Below are positions 40,679 to 57,973 of a stretch of DNA of 64,000 nucleotides, piece after piece. Position 1 is the stretch's first letter; each line of letters begins with the position of its first letter. Position numbers and translations under genes: made by a program. The stretch lies in the NCBI RefSeq assembly GCF_009914755.1, contig NC_060931.1. One strand, given 5' to 3'. This stretch comes from the human T2T-CHM13v2.0 reference genome, Homo sapiens. A model generated the notes under the pieces. The model saw only the letters and a program-made list of their open reading frames with translations. It was not told the DNA's origin and did not search any database.

Positions 40679-42610
40679 TGACCTCAAGTGATCCACCTGC
40701 CTCAGCCTCCCAAAGTGCTGAGATTACAGGCGTGAGCTCCCTGTCCAGCCCCAAATGGTTTTTAGTTTCAGGTTTTACTCTGGGATAAACCTGTGATCCA
40801 TCTGAAGTAAACATATGTGTACAGTGTGAGGAAGGGGTCTAGGTTTGTTTTTTGCTCTTTTTTTTTTTTTCCAGTATGGAAATCCATCTGTTCCAGCACC
40901 ATTTGTTGAAAAGACTTTCTTTCTATTCTCAATATTATATTTGGGAGTGAAAAAAAAAAACAAAAGAAAACTTTGCATAATACAAGGTTCACATAAAACC
41001 CAATTCTTGGCTGGTGGGAGGATCACAAGAAGATTATCAGAGACACAGGATGGGGGTTAACAGAGTGTGTGTCTAAAAGGCTGAGAAATGCTGCCTCAAA
41101 GCCCTCTGGCCCCGGGCCCGGCTGCAGGTATGCATGTTGTGGTCCCAGCTTTAAGATAAGCTTGCGGCAGGGCGCCAGGCTGGCCCTGTGACCTAGGGCT
41201 CTGAAGACGCCAGCAAAGGCCCAGCATGGAGGCTCATTCCTGTAATCCCAGTGCTTTGGGAGGCCAAGGCAGGAGGAACTCTTGAGGCCAGGAGTTTAAG
41301 ACTAGTCTTGGCACCATAGTGAGACCCCACCCCTACAAAAAAATTAAAAAACATTAGCCAGATGTGGTGGTGCTCACCTGTAGTCCCAGCTACGTGGGAG
41401 CCTGAGGTGGGAGGATCGCTTGAGTGAGCGATGATTGTGCTCCAGCCTGGGAGTCAGAGCAAGATCCTGTCTCAAAAAATGAAAAAATTCGTAAAAAATG
41501 AAGACACAGGAAAGGACCTGGGAGGCCCCATGGCTCCAGGGAAATGGCTCCACAAGCCGCTAGAATTCTGTGTTCCCCAGAACCAGAAAAAAGATAATTA
41601 GTATTTCTGCATTCATTTGGAGGATAAACAGATGGGAATTGCAATGGAAGCTTTTTTTTTTTTTTTTTTTTTTTTGAGACAGGGTCTTGCTCCATCACCC
41701 AGGCTGGGGTGCAGTGGTGCAGTCATAGCTCACTGCAGCCTCCAACTCCTGGGGTCAAGTGATCCTTTCACCTCAGCCTCCTGAGTAGCTGGGGCTACAG
41801 GTGTGTGCTACCACATCCAGCTATTTTTAAATTTTTTTTGTAGAGACAGAGGTCTCCCTACATTGCCCAGGTTGGTCTTGAACTTGTAGCCTTGAGTGAT
41901 CCTCCCACCTCAGCTTCCCAAAGTGTTGGGATTACAGGCATGAGACACTGCACCTGACTGCAAGAAAGCTTTAAAAGATAAAGGAATGATAAAAAGAAAG
42001 TAATCTTTTTTTTTTTTTTTTTTTTTGAGACGGAGTTTCGCTCTCGTTGCCCAGGCTGGAGTGCAATGGCGCGATCTTGGCTCACTGTAACCTCCGCCTC
42101 CCGGGTTGAAGCGATTCTCTTGTCTCAGACTCCCGAGTAGCTGGGATTACAGGCTCCCACCACAACACCCGGCTCATGTTTGTGTTTTTAGTAGAGATAG
42201 GGTTTTGCCATGTTGGCCAGGGTGGTCTCGAACTCCTGACCTCACGTGATCGTCCTGTCCTGGGCTCCCAAAGTGCTGGGATTACAGGCCTGGGCCATTG
42301 CGCCTAGCTAGGAATGTAATTATTTATACAACAGTTCACCATGTTGCCAGAGAAGGAATAATAATAGATGGTTGGGAAGAGACCCTAAATCACAAAGGAG
42401 AAATGCACCCACTTGGACAAGGACATTGGATCCCCACAAGACAGGCAAGGGTGGGCTCATCCCTCCCTGCTACTGAGATGGAAACTAAGCCCAGAGAGGG
42501 GCAGTGGCTTACCCAGAGTCCCAGGGACAAGTCACCCCAGATCCCTAAACACCCCGTCCTGGCTGGGGCTGACTCAGATGGGTGCTCTGGATGGAGAGGG
42601 GCCCTCCTAC

Positions 42611-42728
42611 CTGATGACCCACCAGCCGTCCAGGAGCTTGTGAATGACCTCAACAGCTTCACCCTCGAGCAGGGACACCTCGTCCCCCTCCACAGCAGTG
42701 TAGGCCTTGATGGCGACGTATGGCTCAC
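42611..42728 (-). pseudogene. NCF1C: Exon 8, 118 nt ([40 protein letters not shown]), SH3-B
   Basis: accag acceptor, AG|gtagga donor. Confidence 0.95.
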
Positions 42729-43663
42729 CTGGTCCACGGCAGGGGCACAGAGCACAGTGTGAGGTCGGCCCAGCCTGGGGCTCGCCACCCATCCCATCTT
42801 CTCCTCTCTGCGCCTGGGCTTCCTCCAGGCACTCCAGACCCACCCAGGGCCCACAGTTCCCCCTCTTCTGGGTCTCCTCCCTCCACCCTCCTGCTCCATC
42901 CCAGATCCCTCGGCAAGCTCCTGCTGGCACCCACTCTGGGGGTACACTCTGGACTTCGGCCCTCTGCCCCCTACACCCAGGTGAGCTTGTCCACTCCCAT
43001 TCATTGCCACCCACTCTGGGGACCAGAGATCCCATAACGATGAAGGTCTGTCCAGACACTTCACTATGACAAGAGATCAGCCATGAGTAGGTGGGTGGAG
43101 CATCCGTCTACCTGGCACTGGGAACTGCTCAGCTGCAGCTAACTGTCGGCCTGGGGGCTGCAGGCCTTCCCAGTGTTTAAACGATAGCCACAGGCTGGGC
43201 AAGGTGGTTCCCACCTGTAATCCTAGCACTTTGGGAGGCCAAGGCGGGCGGATCACCTGAGGTCAGGAGTTCGAGACCAGCCTGGCCAACATGGCGAAAC
43301 CCCATCTCTACTAAAAATACAAAAAATTAGCCTGGCGTGGTGGTGCATGCCTGTAATCCCAGCTACTCAGGTGGCTGAGGCAGGAGAATTGCTTGAACCC
43401 AGGAGGCTAAGGTTGCAGTGAGCTGAGATTGCATTACTGCACTCCAGCCTGGGTGACAGAGCCAGACTTTGTCTCAAAAAAAAAAAAAAAAGCTGTAAAT
43501 CCACATAAAAGGGTGAAATCACTCCATTTTAAAATGTGGGTAACCAGGCCAGGGACAGTGGCTCACATCTGTAATTCCAGCACTTTGGGAGGCCAAGGCA
43601 GGCAGATCACCTGAGGTCAGAAGTTCGAGACCAGTCTGGCCAACCTGGTGAAACCCCGTCTCA

Positions 43664-43822
<159 letters not shown>

Positions 43823-44277
43823 CTATCTCAAAAAAGTAAAATAAATAAATAAATAATAAAATAAAATGGTAACCAATTCTATTATAGTTTTTTTCAAGCT
43901 CAATGCAGGCCCCATCCAGCCCTGGCACTGCCAGTTTTCCCTTTCTGGTCAGTGATGATGCCCCCACTTCCAGGCAGCCCTCCTTCCTGAGCCTAAGGTC
44001 TGCTCATCCTTCAGCTTCCCACTGAACCTGGCCACATATCCACAGACACCACTGGCCTCCCACTCTCCCGAGTCGTCTGCTCCTCCTCCTGGTTCCCTGT
44101 CCAGACCAAGGGCATCACAACCTGCCAGGGCCCCCAAGCCAGAGCCGATGAGATCTTAGCCCTGACTTTTCTGCCAAGCCAGCAACCAGCCCAGACTCCA
44201 AAGCAGTCACTCAATATCCCTGAGCCCTGCCTGCCCCTTTCTCCCACACCCCTACAGCCTCGGAGGGCAGGGGGCAC

Positions 44278-44385
44278 CTGCATAGTTGGGCTCAGGGTCT
44301 TCCGTCTCGTCAGGACTGTCCAGGGGCTCGAGGAAGGATGCTGGGATCCAGCCTCGCTTTGCTTTCATCTGACAGAACCACCAAC
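44278..44385 (-). pseudogene. NCF1C: Exon 7, 108 nt ([36 protein letters not shown])
   Basis: cacag acceptor, AG|gtgccc donor. Confidence 0.95.
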
Positions 44386-44848
44386 CTGTGCCAGAGGTGC
44401 GGGAATGTGACTGAGGGGCAGGGCCCAGCGGCTCCCTGCAGCCATCAGGGATGGTGAGGACACAGGGACACAGACACACTGATGTCCAATGCTCAGATTT
44501 GGAAATGTCACCTTCACCACACTGGACAATGAGGTCACATGCATGCATGCACACATGCTCACAGAATCACAGCTCTGAGCCCACTTCATAATGAACAGAC
44601 GGTCCCATACCCATCCAGACAGAACACGCAGACATGCCCCGCCCCGGCCTGCCATGCACAGATGCCCACAGCCACCACAGGGTGCACACTAAGAGAGAAG
44701 GCGACCCACAGTGTGGGGAGGACATTTAGGGCCCCTAACAGAGCTGGAGTCCTCCCAGGGGCCAGGCTGCCTGAGCCTTGGCAGGGGGCTTGTGGCTGTG
44801 GGTTCCTGAGCACCAGGGGAAGGAGCCCCGTAAGGTGGGAGGTCTGAC

Positions 44849-44971
44849 CGCTCTCGCTCTTCTCCACGACCTCCACCACGTCCCCCGTGGACAGAGCCAT
44901 CTCGGAGCCCGAGGTCTTCTCGTAGTCGGCAATGGCGCGGTACGTCTGCAGGATGATGGGGCCGGTGATGT
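44849..44971 (-). pseudogene. NCF1C: Exon 6, 123 nt ([22 protein letters not shown]...EKSES), SH3-A
   Basis: cccag acceptor, G|gtcaga donor. Confidence 0.95.
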
Positions 44972-45333
44972 CTGGGGCAAGAGGGAGGGCAGGGTGAGTG
45001 GGCATTGCAGGGCCCATCTGGGCCTCCAGAACAGGCGCTGGCATCTTGAGTCTCTGCTGCCCTGCATTTCCTGGGCGCATAGCGTTCTCCAGGCTTCGGC
45101 CTCACACTTCAAACATGTCCTTGTTCTCATCTGATGAAGTTAGTGAGCCTTTCCCAACTTTATTTTCTTTTTTGGAGACAGAGTCTTGCTCTGTTGCCCA
45201 GGCTAGAGTACAGTGACGTGATCACAGCTCACTACAGCCCTAGACTCCTAGGCTCAAGCAATCTCCCTGCCTCAGCCTCCCGAATAGCTGGGACCACAGA
45301 CGTATGCCACCACACCCGGCTAATTTTTTGTAA

Positions 45334-45753
<420 letters not shown>

Positions 45754-45769
45754 TGACCTTTTCCTAACT

Positions 45770-45893
45770 TTAAGGTGCACCCGAATACCTGGGATTTTGC
45801 TAAAATGCCTATCCTGTTCAGTAGGTCCACTGTGGGACCTGAGTGTGCATTTCTGACCAGCCCTTCATCCAACCGTGGAGGTGCTGATGCTGT
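45770..45893. mobile_element. MER5A-like hAT-Charlie MITE fragment
   Basis: acctggg...taaaatgc...tcagtaggt...gcatttctgaccagc...gctgatgctg pattern. Confidence 0.6.
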
Positions 45894-45894
45894 T

Positions 45895-46080
45895 TGGTAT
45901 TGGCTGACATCTGCCTTCTCAAAATTCATATGTTGAAGTCCTAACCACCCAGTACCTTACAGCGTGGGTATATTAAGAGAAAGGTACTCTTAAGTACGTT
46001 TCAAGAGGTAATTAAGTTAAAATGAGGTCAGTAGAGTGGGCCCTAACCCAACAGGCCTCGTGTCCTTATAAGAAGAAGAA
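45895..46080 (+). mobile_element. MLT1A/B-like MaLR LTR fragment
   Basis: aaaattcatatgttgaagtcctaac...gaggtaattaagttaaaatgaggtc...gtgtccttataagaaga. Confidence 0.75.
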
Positions 46081-46211
46081 AAAGCCGGGCACAGTGGCTC
46101 ATGTCTATAATCTCAGCACTTTGGGAGGCTGAGGCAGGAGGGTTGCTTGAGGCCAAGAGCTTAAGACCAGCCTGGGCAATGTAGTGAGACCCCATCTCTA
46201 TCAGAAAATTA

Positions 46212-46883
<672 letters not shown>

Positions 46884-47075
46884 TGATCCACCTGCCTCGG
46901 CCTCCCAAACTGCTGGGATTACAGGCATGAGCAACCGCACCCGGCCCAAAGACCCAATTCTTCAGCAGGGTAGCTGTGAGCCCTCCCAGCCTGCTCCCAG
47001 CCCCTGCTCCATTCCCTGAACACTCTGGGTCTCCTCAGGGTGTCCCCCCCCGCCGGCTGCCCCCCGTCCTCTCAC

Positions 47076-47131
47076 CTGTCGCGGTACTCTTGCCATCTTT
47101 GGGCATCAAGTATGTCTCTGGCTTTTTTGTC
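47076..47131 (-). pseudogene. NCF1C: Exon 5, 56 nt (TKKPETYLMPKDGKSTAT)
   Basis: ctcag acceptor, AG|gtgaga donor. Confidence 0.95.
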
Positions 47132-47390
47132 CTGAGGAGAGAACAGTCTGGGTGAGACCCTTGGCTTCCCATGGAGGAAGAAGAGGCACTGGGTAGACCT
47201 GCAGAAGAACTTCCCAAGAGAAGAGGGACCCGGGAAAGGGAAGGGGCACTGCGGAGAGAAGACAGCAACTGGACTGGCTGAGGAAGGGCTTCAGGAAGTG
47301 ATGGGGGCGGGCGGATCTGCTCGGGCAGCCCAAGGGAGGGACATGAGGAGGACACTGCATAGCCTTCTGCAGACCCAAAGGATGCCCTAA

Positions 47391-47617
<227 letters not shown>

Positions 47618-48488
47618 TAGAGATGGGGTTTCACCATGTTGGCCAGGCTGGTCTCAAACTCCCAACCTCAGGTGATCTGCCCACCTCGACCTTCCAAAGT
47701 GCTGGGATTATAGGTGTGAGCCACTGTGCCCGGCCTCTTCCTCCTTCTGGAGCCCTGAGAGAGCAGGCAATGAGGAGCAGACCCCACTGCAGAGTCCATC
47801 CTTCCCCCGCCTCCCGGGCTGATGATAACTGCCCTTCCTTGGGCCAGGGGACACCTTCAAGCGTCAATAAGTGCTGGCCGGAGCAATGCTGCTTGTCTCT
47901 GTCTTGGCAGCCTGGGTGCCTTGACAAGGGGTAACGTCCTGTCCTCATGCTCCCCACTTCGAGCTTCAGTGACCAGAGAGGAGTGGAGAAGGGGACTTCC
48001 CCAGCCTGCCTGGAGCTCCCTCAGCCTCTCAGGTGCCTTCCACACAGGGTCCTGGGTACAGGAGACCCCAGACATGCTCAGCACTTAGCAGAGGCATCAA
48101 CCCCACATCCTTCTGGGGGGCTCCGCAAGACACCCAATGCTTCATCTGATCCTCACTGCCCATTATAGAAATGGAGAACCTGCATTCAGAGAGCAGTGGT
48201 GACTGGCTCCAGGTCCCATGGCCAGGTGGCCATAATGTCAGGATGAGGACCCAGGACTTTGAACCTCCAGCCCCGAGTGCTTCCCCCAGTGCCCTGAGGT
48301 GTGAAAGATTAAGGTGGAGGCTTGGCGGGGTCACAGGGGCCGGAGGTGGAATTTGCCTCCTCTTTCTGGCTGTGTGGCTCTGGGAAGGTGGCTTTCCCTC
48401 TCTGAGCCTTGGTTTCCTCATCTGCAAAACACAGAAAGTCCCACCCCTCCTTCCCTCTCCCACCTGGCAGGGTGAAAAGTTCACTCAC

Positions 48489-48654
48489 TGGTTGTCTGTG
48501 GGGAGCTTGAGGTCATCAGGGCGCACCTTGAAGAAGTCAAGGAGGTGGGGACAGCGGGAGATCTTGGTGGGCAGGCTCATGAGCGTGCTGCAGTACTCGG
48601 TAAGTGTGCCCTGGTGGTTCTCGGCGGCCCGCTGCCCGTCAAACCACTTGGGAG
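48489..48654 (-). pseudogene. NCF1C: Exon 4, 166 nt ([18 protein letters not shown]...PTDNQ), with His90
   Basis: gccag acceptor, CA|gtgagt donor; CAC codon at 48614-48616. Confidence 0.95.
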
Positions 48655-48753
48655 CTGGCACCAGAGAACATGAGGTCAAGCCCGAGAGGTGCTGGGAGGG
48701 CAGGTGAGCCCCCGCCAATGACCCCCTGACAGGCGGCTCAGCCCCGTGCTCAC

Positions 48754-48829
48754 CTGGGAGGTGGGGGATGATCCTGTTCTCTGGATTGATCGCCCCTGCC
48801 TCAATAGGGAACATTTCTTTTAAGGTTTT
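48754..48829 (-). pseudogene. NCF1C: Exon 3, 76 nt ([25 protein letters not shown])
   Basis: tttag acceptor, AG|gtgagc donor. Confidence 0.95.
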
Positions 48830-48923
48830 CTAAACATTAAAAAGACAAGAAGACGTGAAGGAATATTTGTAGTTTACAACACTTGGAAAAGCACGAGATT
48901 GGAAGTGACCTAAATACCTCTCA

Positions 48924-49109
<186 letters not shown>

Positions 49110-49112
49110 TCA

Positions 49113-49211
<99 letters not shown>

Positions 49212-49662
49212 CTACCTAAATATCTCGGGCCTAGAAATTTGGGTGGCAATCTGGATTCCTTGATTAACAGAGGCACTGACCTCTCTCCCTCCCATGTGCA
49301 AGTCACCAGCAAATCCTTTTGCTTCCAATCCCCAAATCTCTTTGGGATCTGACTGCTTCCCACCAACCCCACCCTCCTGGCCCTAGCCACTACCAGGCCT
49401 GGATAACGAAAATGGCCTCCTTGTGTCCCCCGTCCACTCTTGTCTGTCCTCAATCCAGTCGCCAAAGGGATCCTCTTAAAACTCAGGTTGACCAGGTGCA
49501 GGGGCTCAAACCTGTAATCCTAGCAATTTGGGAAGCTGAGGCGGGAGGATCACTTGAGTCCAGGAGTTAGAGACCAGCCTGGGCAACATAGCGAAATCCC
49601 ATCTCTACAAAAAACAAATCAGGAAAAGGAGCCAGGTGTGGTGGTGCACACCTGTGATCTCA

Positions 49663-49806
<144 letters not shown>

Positions 49807-50038
49807 TCATTCTTAAAAAGGTACAAATGTAAAATTTAGGAAAATAACTAACATAGGGACGAGAACCACAAGGAGAATGTTCACCAGCAGGTGCATTTAT
49901 TTGGGATCTAGAACTTGGCTTTGTTTTTCAAAAGCGACAAGAATGGTTCCATTCTAGGAAGGTTCTGGGAGATCCTGTCTGTTTTACTTTAAAATGAGAA
50001 TCTGGTGTTTCTGTGTTTTATTGTTTTCAGTAAGACTA

Positions 50039-50320
<282 letters not shown>

Positions 50321-50389
50321 TCAAAACCACCTAAAAGGCCGACCGTGGGGGCTCATGCCTGTAATCAGAGAACATGAGGTGTTCAGAGT

Positions 50390-50429
50390 GGTGACAGAGC
50401 AAGACCCTGGGTGACAGAGCAAGACCCTG
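50390..50429. repeat. 20-bp tandem duplication (ggtgacagagcaagaccctg x2) in intron 2, an NCF1 pseudogene marker
   Basis: Exact direct repeat; one unit boundary lies 176 nt from the exon 2 end. Confidence 0.95.
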
Positions 50430-50584
50430 TCACAAAAATTTATATAAATAAATAAATCCCCTTTAACTGTGGTCTGGGAGGGGATTCTGGGTTCTGCAGT
50501 TTCCCCATCACCTGGGCTAAGGTCCTTCCCAAAGGGTGGAGCTGGAACGGTGGGTCCCTGTCCCTCCTCCGTCCCCACACTCAC

Positions 50585-50663
50585 ATGGAACTCGTAGATC
50601 TCGGTGAAGCGCCGGTAGACCACCTTCTCCGACAGGTCCTGCCATTTCACCAGGAACATGTAC
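50585..50663 (-). pseudogene. NCF1C: Exon 2, 79 nt, delta-GT frameshift; stop T|AA forms at the exon 2/3 junction (codon 51)
   Basis: cccccag|GTACATGTTC...TTCCAT|gtgagt; shifted frame reads [26 protein letters not shown]. Confidence 0.96.
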
Positions 50664-51131
50664 CTGGGGGAAAGCCAGAGTCGGGGGACCCCATTCAGCC
50701 TCCAAAGAGGCTTTGCTGTGTGCACCCAGGATCCCACTACCCACTGGAGGAAGCCCAGAGGATTGGGGTGAGGACCATCTTTGCAGTTGTCCTGGATTGC
50801 AGAAAGGGCACAAACGTGGACCCAAGTGCTGCCACGCCCCAGCCTTGAGACCCAGGGCAAGAGGGTCAGCTTCTCTCAAATGGACTCATCTGTAAATTGG
50901 AGATAAAAGTAGGACCTAGGCTGGGCACGGTGGCTCACACCTGGAATCCCAGCACTTTTTAGTACCGAGGTGGGAAGATCGCTTGAGTCCAAGAGTTTGA
51001 GACCAGCCTGGGCAACATAGCGAGACCCCCATATCTACTAAAAACACAAAAATTGTCCGGGTGTGGTGCCGCACACCTGTGGCCCCAGGTGAGGCAGGAG
51101 AATTGCTTGAGACTTGGAGGTCAAGGCTTTA

Positions 51132-52015
<884 letters not shown>

Positions 52016-52068
52016 CTACCAAAAACGAGCTGGGCGTGGTGGCGCGCACCTGTATTCCCAGCTACTCA

Positions 52069-52212
<144 letters not shown>

Positions 52213-52874
52213 TTAAAGAAGGTTAAAGGCTATGACATTGATCCTTGACTGGATCCTAGACCTGAAAAAAGTTTTCACTGCAGAGGACAAGCAGGATAAT
52301 CGGGGAAACCTCAGTAAAGTCTGTGGGTGGATAATGGTGTTTTGTCCATGTTAATTTCCTGATTTTGACACGTGTGTTGTGATTATGTAAGAGAATGCCT
52401 TGATTTTAAGAAATGCCCAACAACTAGTATTTAGAGGTAAAGAAACACGTCTTCAACTCACTCTCAAATAATTCAGAAAATATCCCCAGAAAGAGAGGTG
52501 TGGATGAAGGTGAGTGAAAGACTATTGGAGTGACTGGTACCGTTTTGACACCCAGTAGCCTTTCTGTAAATTTGAAATTTCAAAACTGAAAGTTACAAAG
52601 AAAAGGAGAAAAGTGACTAGGCACGGTAGCTCACGCTTGTAATCCTAGCACTGTGGGAGGCTGAGACCAGAGGGTTGCTTAAGCCGAGGAGTTCAAGATT
52701 AGCCTGGACAACATAGTGAAACCTTATCTCCACAAAAATTTTAAAAACTAGCCAGGCATGGTGGTGTGCGCCTGTAGCCCCAGCTACTCAAGGGGCTGAG
52801 GCAGGAGGATCACTTGGGCCTGGGAGGTTGAGGCTGCAGTGAACTATGATCGCACCACTGCACTCCAGACCTCA

Positions 52875-53216
<342 letters not shown>

Positions 53217-53822
53217 CTAAATGTTCCATACAAGCTTCAATTTCCTAAATGTAGTTCCTCCCTGGCCTTCCTATGGGATTAGGGGACCCAGTGGACTTGT
53301 GTGTCTGAGCAGGCATTTGTCCAGCCTCCTTGGGGACAGATGGGAGGACTCTATTGGCCCCTGTCATGGTGTCACCCTACTGGAGAGGATAAGACTCTAA
53401 CTGACACTACAGGCAGCTGGGGAGAGAGAGAGCTTTAGTTTCCAGGCCTCCCTCTTGGGAGGGCCACTCTCTGATAGCTGGGCTAGTCAGGGAAGGCTTC
53501 CTGGAGGAGTGGGCCTCGGACCTGAGAGAGCGCTGGGCTGCCTGGCCATGGCAGGGGAGCAGAAAGAGGACTCCTGGCTAAGGCTGAGGGCCTGGCTGGG
53601 GACACAGGCGGGGACAGTAAAGGGCTGGGGCCCAGGGCGGGTCCAAGGGAACTGTCTTCCCAGGGATCAGAGGGGTAGATCCAGGCTCAAAGACCAGGGA
53701 CCAGGTGCCCAAGACCCTGCCCCGTTAGTCCTCACTGGAGCTGGTTGGCCCTGGGACTGCAAGGGTGGCCGTGCTGTCCCTCCCGTATTCCCCCCACGGG
53801 ATGCCCTCCACCAGCTACTCAC

Positions 53823-53894
53823 ATAGTGCTGGCTGGGTACGAAGCGCTTCTCAAAGCCCAGCAGGGCGATGTGACGGATGAAGGTGTCCCCCAT
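53823..53894 (-). pseudogene. NCF1C: Exon 1 coding part, 72 nt ([24 protein letters not shown])
   Basis: ATG at 53894, TAT|gtgagt donor. Confidence 0.96.
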
Positions 53895-53951
53895 GACTGG
53901 GTGGCCTCCAGTGCTCCCTGGCACTTCCAGGCTGCGCCTTAAATGCACTGG

Positions 53952-53962
53952 AAAGAGGAAGT
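53952..53962 (+). promoter_or_regulatory. PU.1 (SPI1) site AAAGAGGAAGT in the p47phox proximal promoter
   Basis: Consensus PU box ~60 nt upstream of the ATG; the p47phox promoter is known to be PU.1 dependent. Confidence 0.85.
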
Positions 53963-54500
53963 CGCTTTTGTCGCGGTCGGGACAGGGGGCAGGGAGGGTA
54001 CAGAAAGGGCTTTGCTTCTTCTTTCAGTTTCTGGGGACTCTTCAGGCTTGCAGGGTGTAAACATGGGCAGACTCATGTTCACACACACCTGCAGGGACAA
54101 GGAAAAGGGTTTACACTTGTCCTTCCCGTCGCCTGCACGGGCCCCACGGGTTTTGGGGGTGAATCAAGCTGCTCCTGCCTCAGGGCCTTTGCATTTGCTG
54201 CGTCCCCTTGACCATCTTTCCCCCCTTGACCATATTCCTGGTCTTGACCATGTTCCCCCCATTCACCATCTTCCCTCCATAACTCTCCTCCATTTCTCTG
54301 CTCAAATGTCACCTCTTCCGAGAAGCCTTCCTTGATAACTTCACATTGCATAGCAAACCTCATACCTTTCTCAGCCTCTTCCTGCCTCCTTTTTCTGCAG
54401 AGCACTTATCACTGATGCATCGCAAATTGCATTTAATTTTTCTTTATTATTATTGCTATTGTTATTTGAGACAGGGTCTTGCTTTGTTATCCAGGCTTAA

Positions 54501-54898
<398 letters not shown>

Positions 54899-55168
54899 TA
54901 GAGACTGGGTTTCTCCATGTTGGCCAGGCTGGTCTTGAACTCCTGACCTCAGGTAATTCACTCGCCTCGGCCTCCCAAAGTGCTGGGATTCAGGCATGAG
55001 CCACCGTGCCTGGCCTGACTTAATTTTTTTAGTCTCCCCTTACCACAATGTGTGTCCCAGGAAAGCTAGGGCATGACCGGGTTATCAGGGGCTCTAGCCC
55101 CAGCCCCTCCATCTAGTGCCTGGCACACAGAGGCCATAAATATTTGGATCGTGACTGCAACATTCACT

Positions 55169-55243
55169 GAGTGAATGAATGAGTGAGTGAATGAATGAAT
55201 GAGTCAATGAATGAGTGAATGAATGAATGAATGAGTGAATGAA
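55169..55243. repeat. (GAAT/GAGT)n microsatellite, probably an L2 3' tail
   Basis: Direct reading; preceded by L2-like agtgcctggcacacag...aaatatttg. Confidence 0.85.
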
Positions 55244-55768
55244 CGCGGGCATGGGAGTGTGCATGCAAGCGTTAGATGCTCATCCTTGGGTGTGTGTGGA
55301 TGAGGGCCAGTGACAGCTGGGACGAAAATGGCACAGACTTTGAGTGAGACTTGAGTTCCAATCCTCAAGTAAGCAAATGGTTCATTGAATTGTTCCTTAG
55401 GGCTGACTCAGTTTTCTCCAGAGTGATATTAAGACTGTCAGCTTTGCCAGGAAGGGGATTTGGGACAAAGAGGTGAGGAGGGGGCAGCATGCCCAGGGAC
55501 AGGCTGAGGCCTCTCTCTCCCACTCCCCCTAGAGCCTGGGAGGCCCAGAGCTTTTGGAGCTCATTCAAGGTCATGAGTTCATGAGTGGTGGGCCTCAGCC
55601 CCAGGCAGCCTGCTGCAGCCTGTGCCTCCCAGCAGGCCAGGGCTGCACCAACTCACCCTTGCCTGAGTCCAGGGTCAGCTCGTGGTCCGGACCTGATCTC
55701 CTGGGGGTGAGGGTTGAGGTCTGGCAGATGAAAGCCAAGACATGCTGGGCGTTAATTTATTTGTTTGA

Positions 55769-55927
<159 letters not shown>

Positions 55928-56188
55928 TAGTAGAGAAGGGGTATCACCCTGTTGGCCAGGCTGGTCTTGAACTCCTGAGCTCAGGAGATCCACCCGCCTC
56001 AGCCTCCCAAAGTGTTGGGATTACAGGCATGAGCCACTGTGCCTGGCCCTTTTTTTTTTTTTTTTTTTTTTTTTAAAGACAGGGTCTCTATCTGTCACCC
56101 AGGCTGGAGTGCAGTTGCCTGGTCATAACTCACTGCAGCCTCCAACTCCTGGGCTCAAGCAGTCCTCCTGCCTTGGCCTCCCCAGTAG

Positions 56189-56705
<517 letters not shown>

Positions 56706-57640
56706 TGAGGTCCCCAGCCCTGGGTGTGAACGGCCTTGCCAGCCCTTCCTATGATGATTTCCATCTGTGTATCTTGGATCTTTCCATGAAGAGAGATAGG
56801 CATTTGCAACAGGATCTACTCAGCAATGACAAGGACCTGTCCCACAGGGCGACACAGTGGAATCTTCCAGATACATCACTGACGGAAGGAAGGCAGGCAC
56901 AGAGCACATGTTCTGGAGGATGTCATTTATACGAGGCTTGAAAACTGCCCAAGCCAGGCTGTGGTGTTGGAAGCCAGGGTGACCTCTGGAATGATGGTGG
57001 GGACAGTGGTGACAGGAGAGAGCGGGAGGTGGTGGGCGATGTTTGCCTCCTCTCCAGATAGATGCTAGTTCCACAAGTGGGGCCAGGTGCGGTGGCTCAT
57101 GCCTGTAATCTCAGTACTTTGGGAGGCCGAGGCAGGTGGATCACCTGAGGTCAGGGGTTCGAGACCAGCGTGGCCAACATGGTGAAACCCCGTCTCTACT
57201 AAAAATACAAAATTAGCCAGGCGTGGTGGCACATGCCTGTAATCCCAGCTACTCAGGAGGCTGAGGCAGGAGAATTCGCTTGAACCTGGGAGGCAGAAGT
57301 TGCGGCGAGCTGAGATTGCACCATTGCACTCCAGCCTGGGCAACAAGGACAAAACTCCATCTCAAAATAAAATAAAATAAAATAAAATAAAATAAATAAA
57401 ATAATTAGCTGGGCATGGTGGCATGTGCCAGTAGTCCCAGCTACTTGGGAGGAGGCTGAGGCAGAAGGACTCCTTGAGCTCAGGAGTTCAAGGCTGCAGT
57501 CAGATAAGTTCAAGGTCATTGGTAGGGTGGTCCCGCAGCTCAGGCACTGGGCTCACCCGCTGAAAGTTGTGTGCTCTCCTGTAATTTTTCTATCAACACC
57601 CCTTCCCTGACACTCAATTTGTCTCTCATCTTCCCTGTCA

Positions 57641-57973
<333 letters not shown>

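Noticed and set aside
42390-43064. 224-aa and other long ORFs around NCF1C exon 8 and in the CpG island
   Set aside because: Off-frame or antisense reads through GC-rich, stop-poor sequence overlapping real exons
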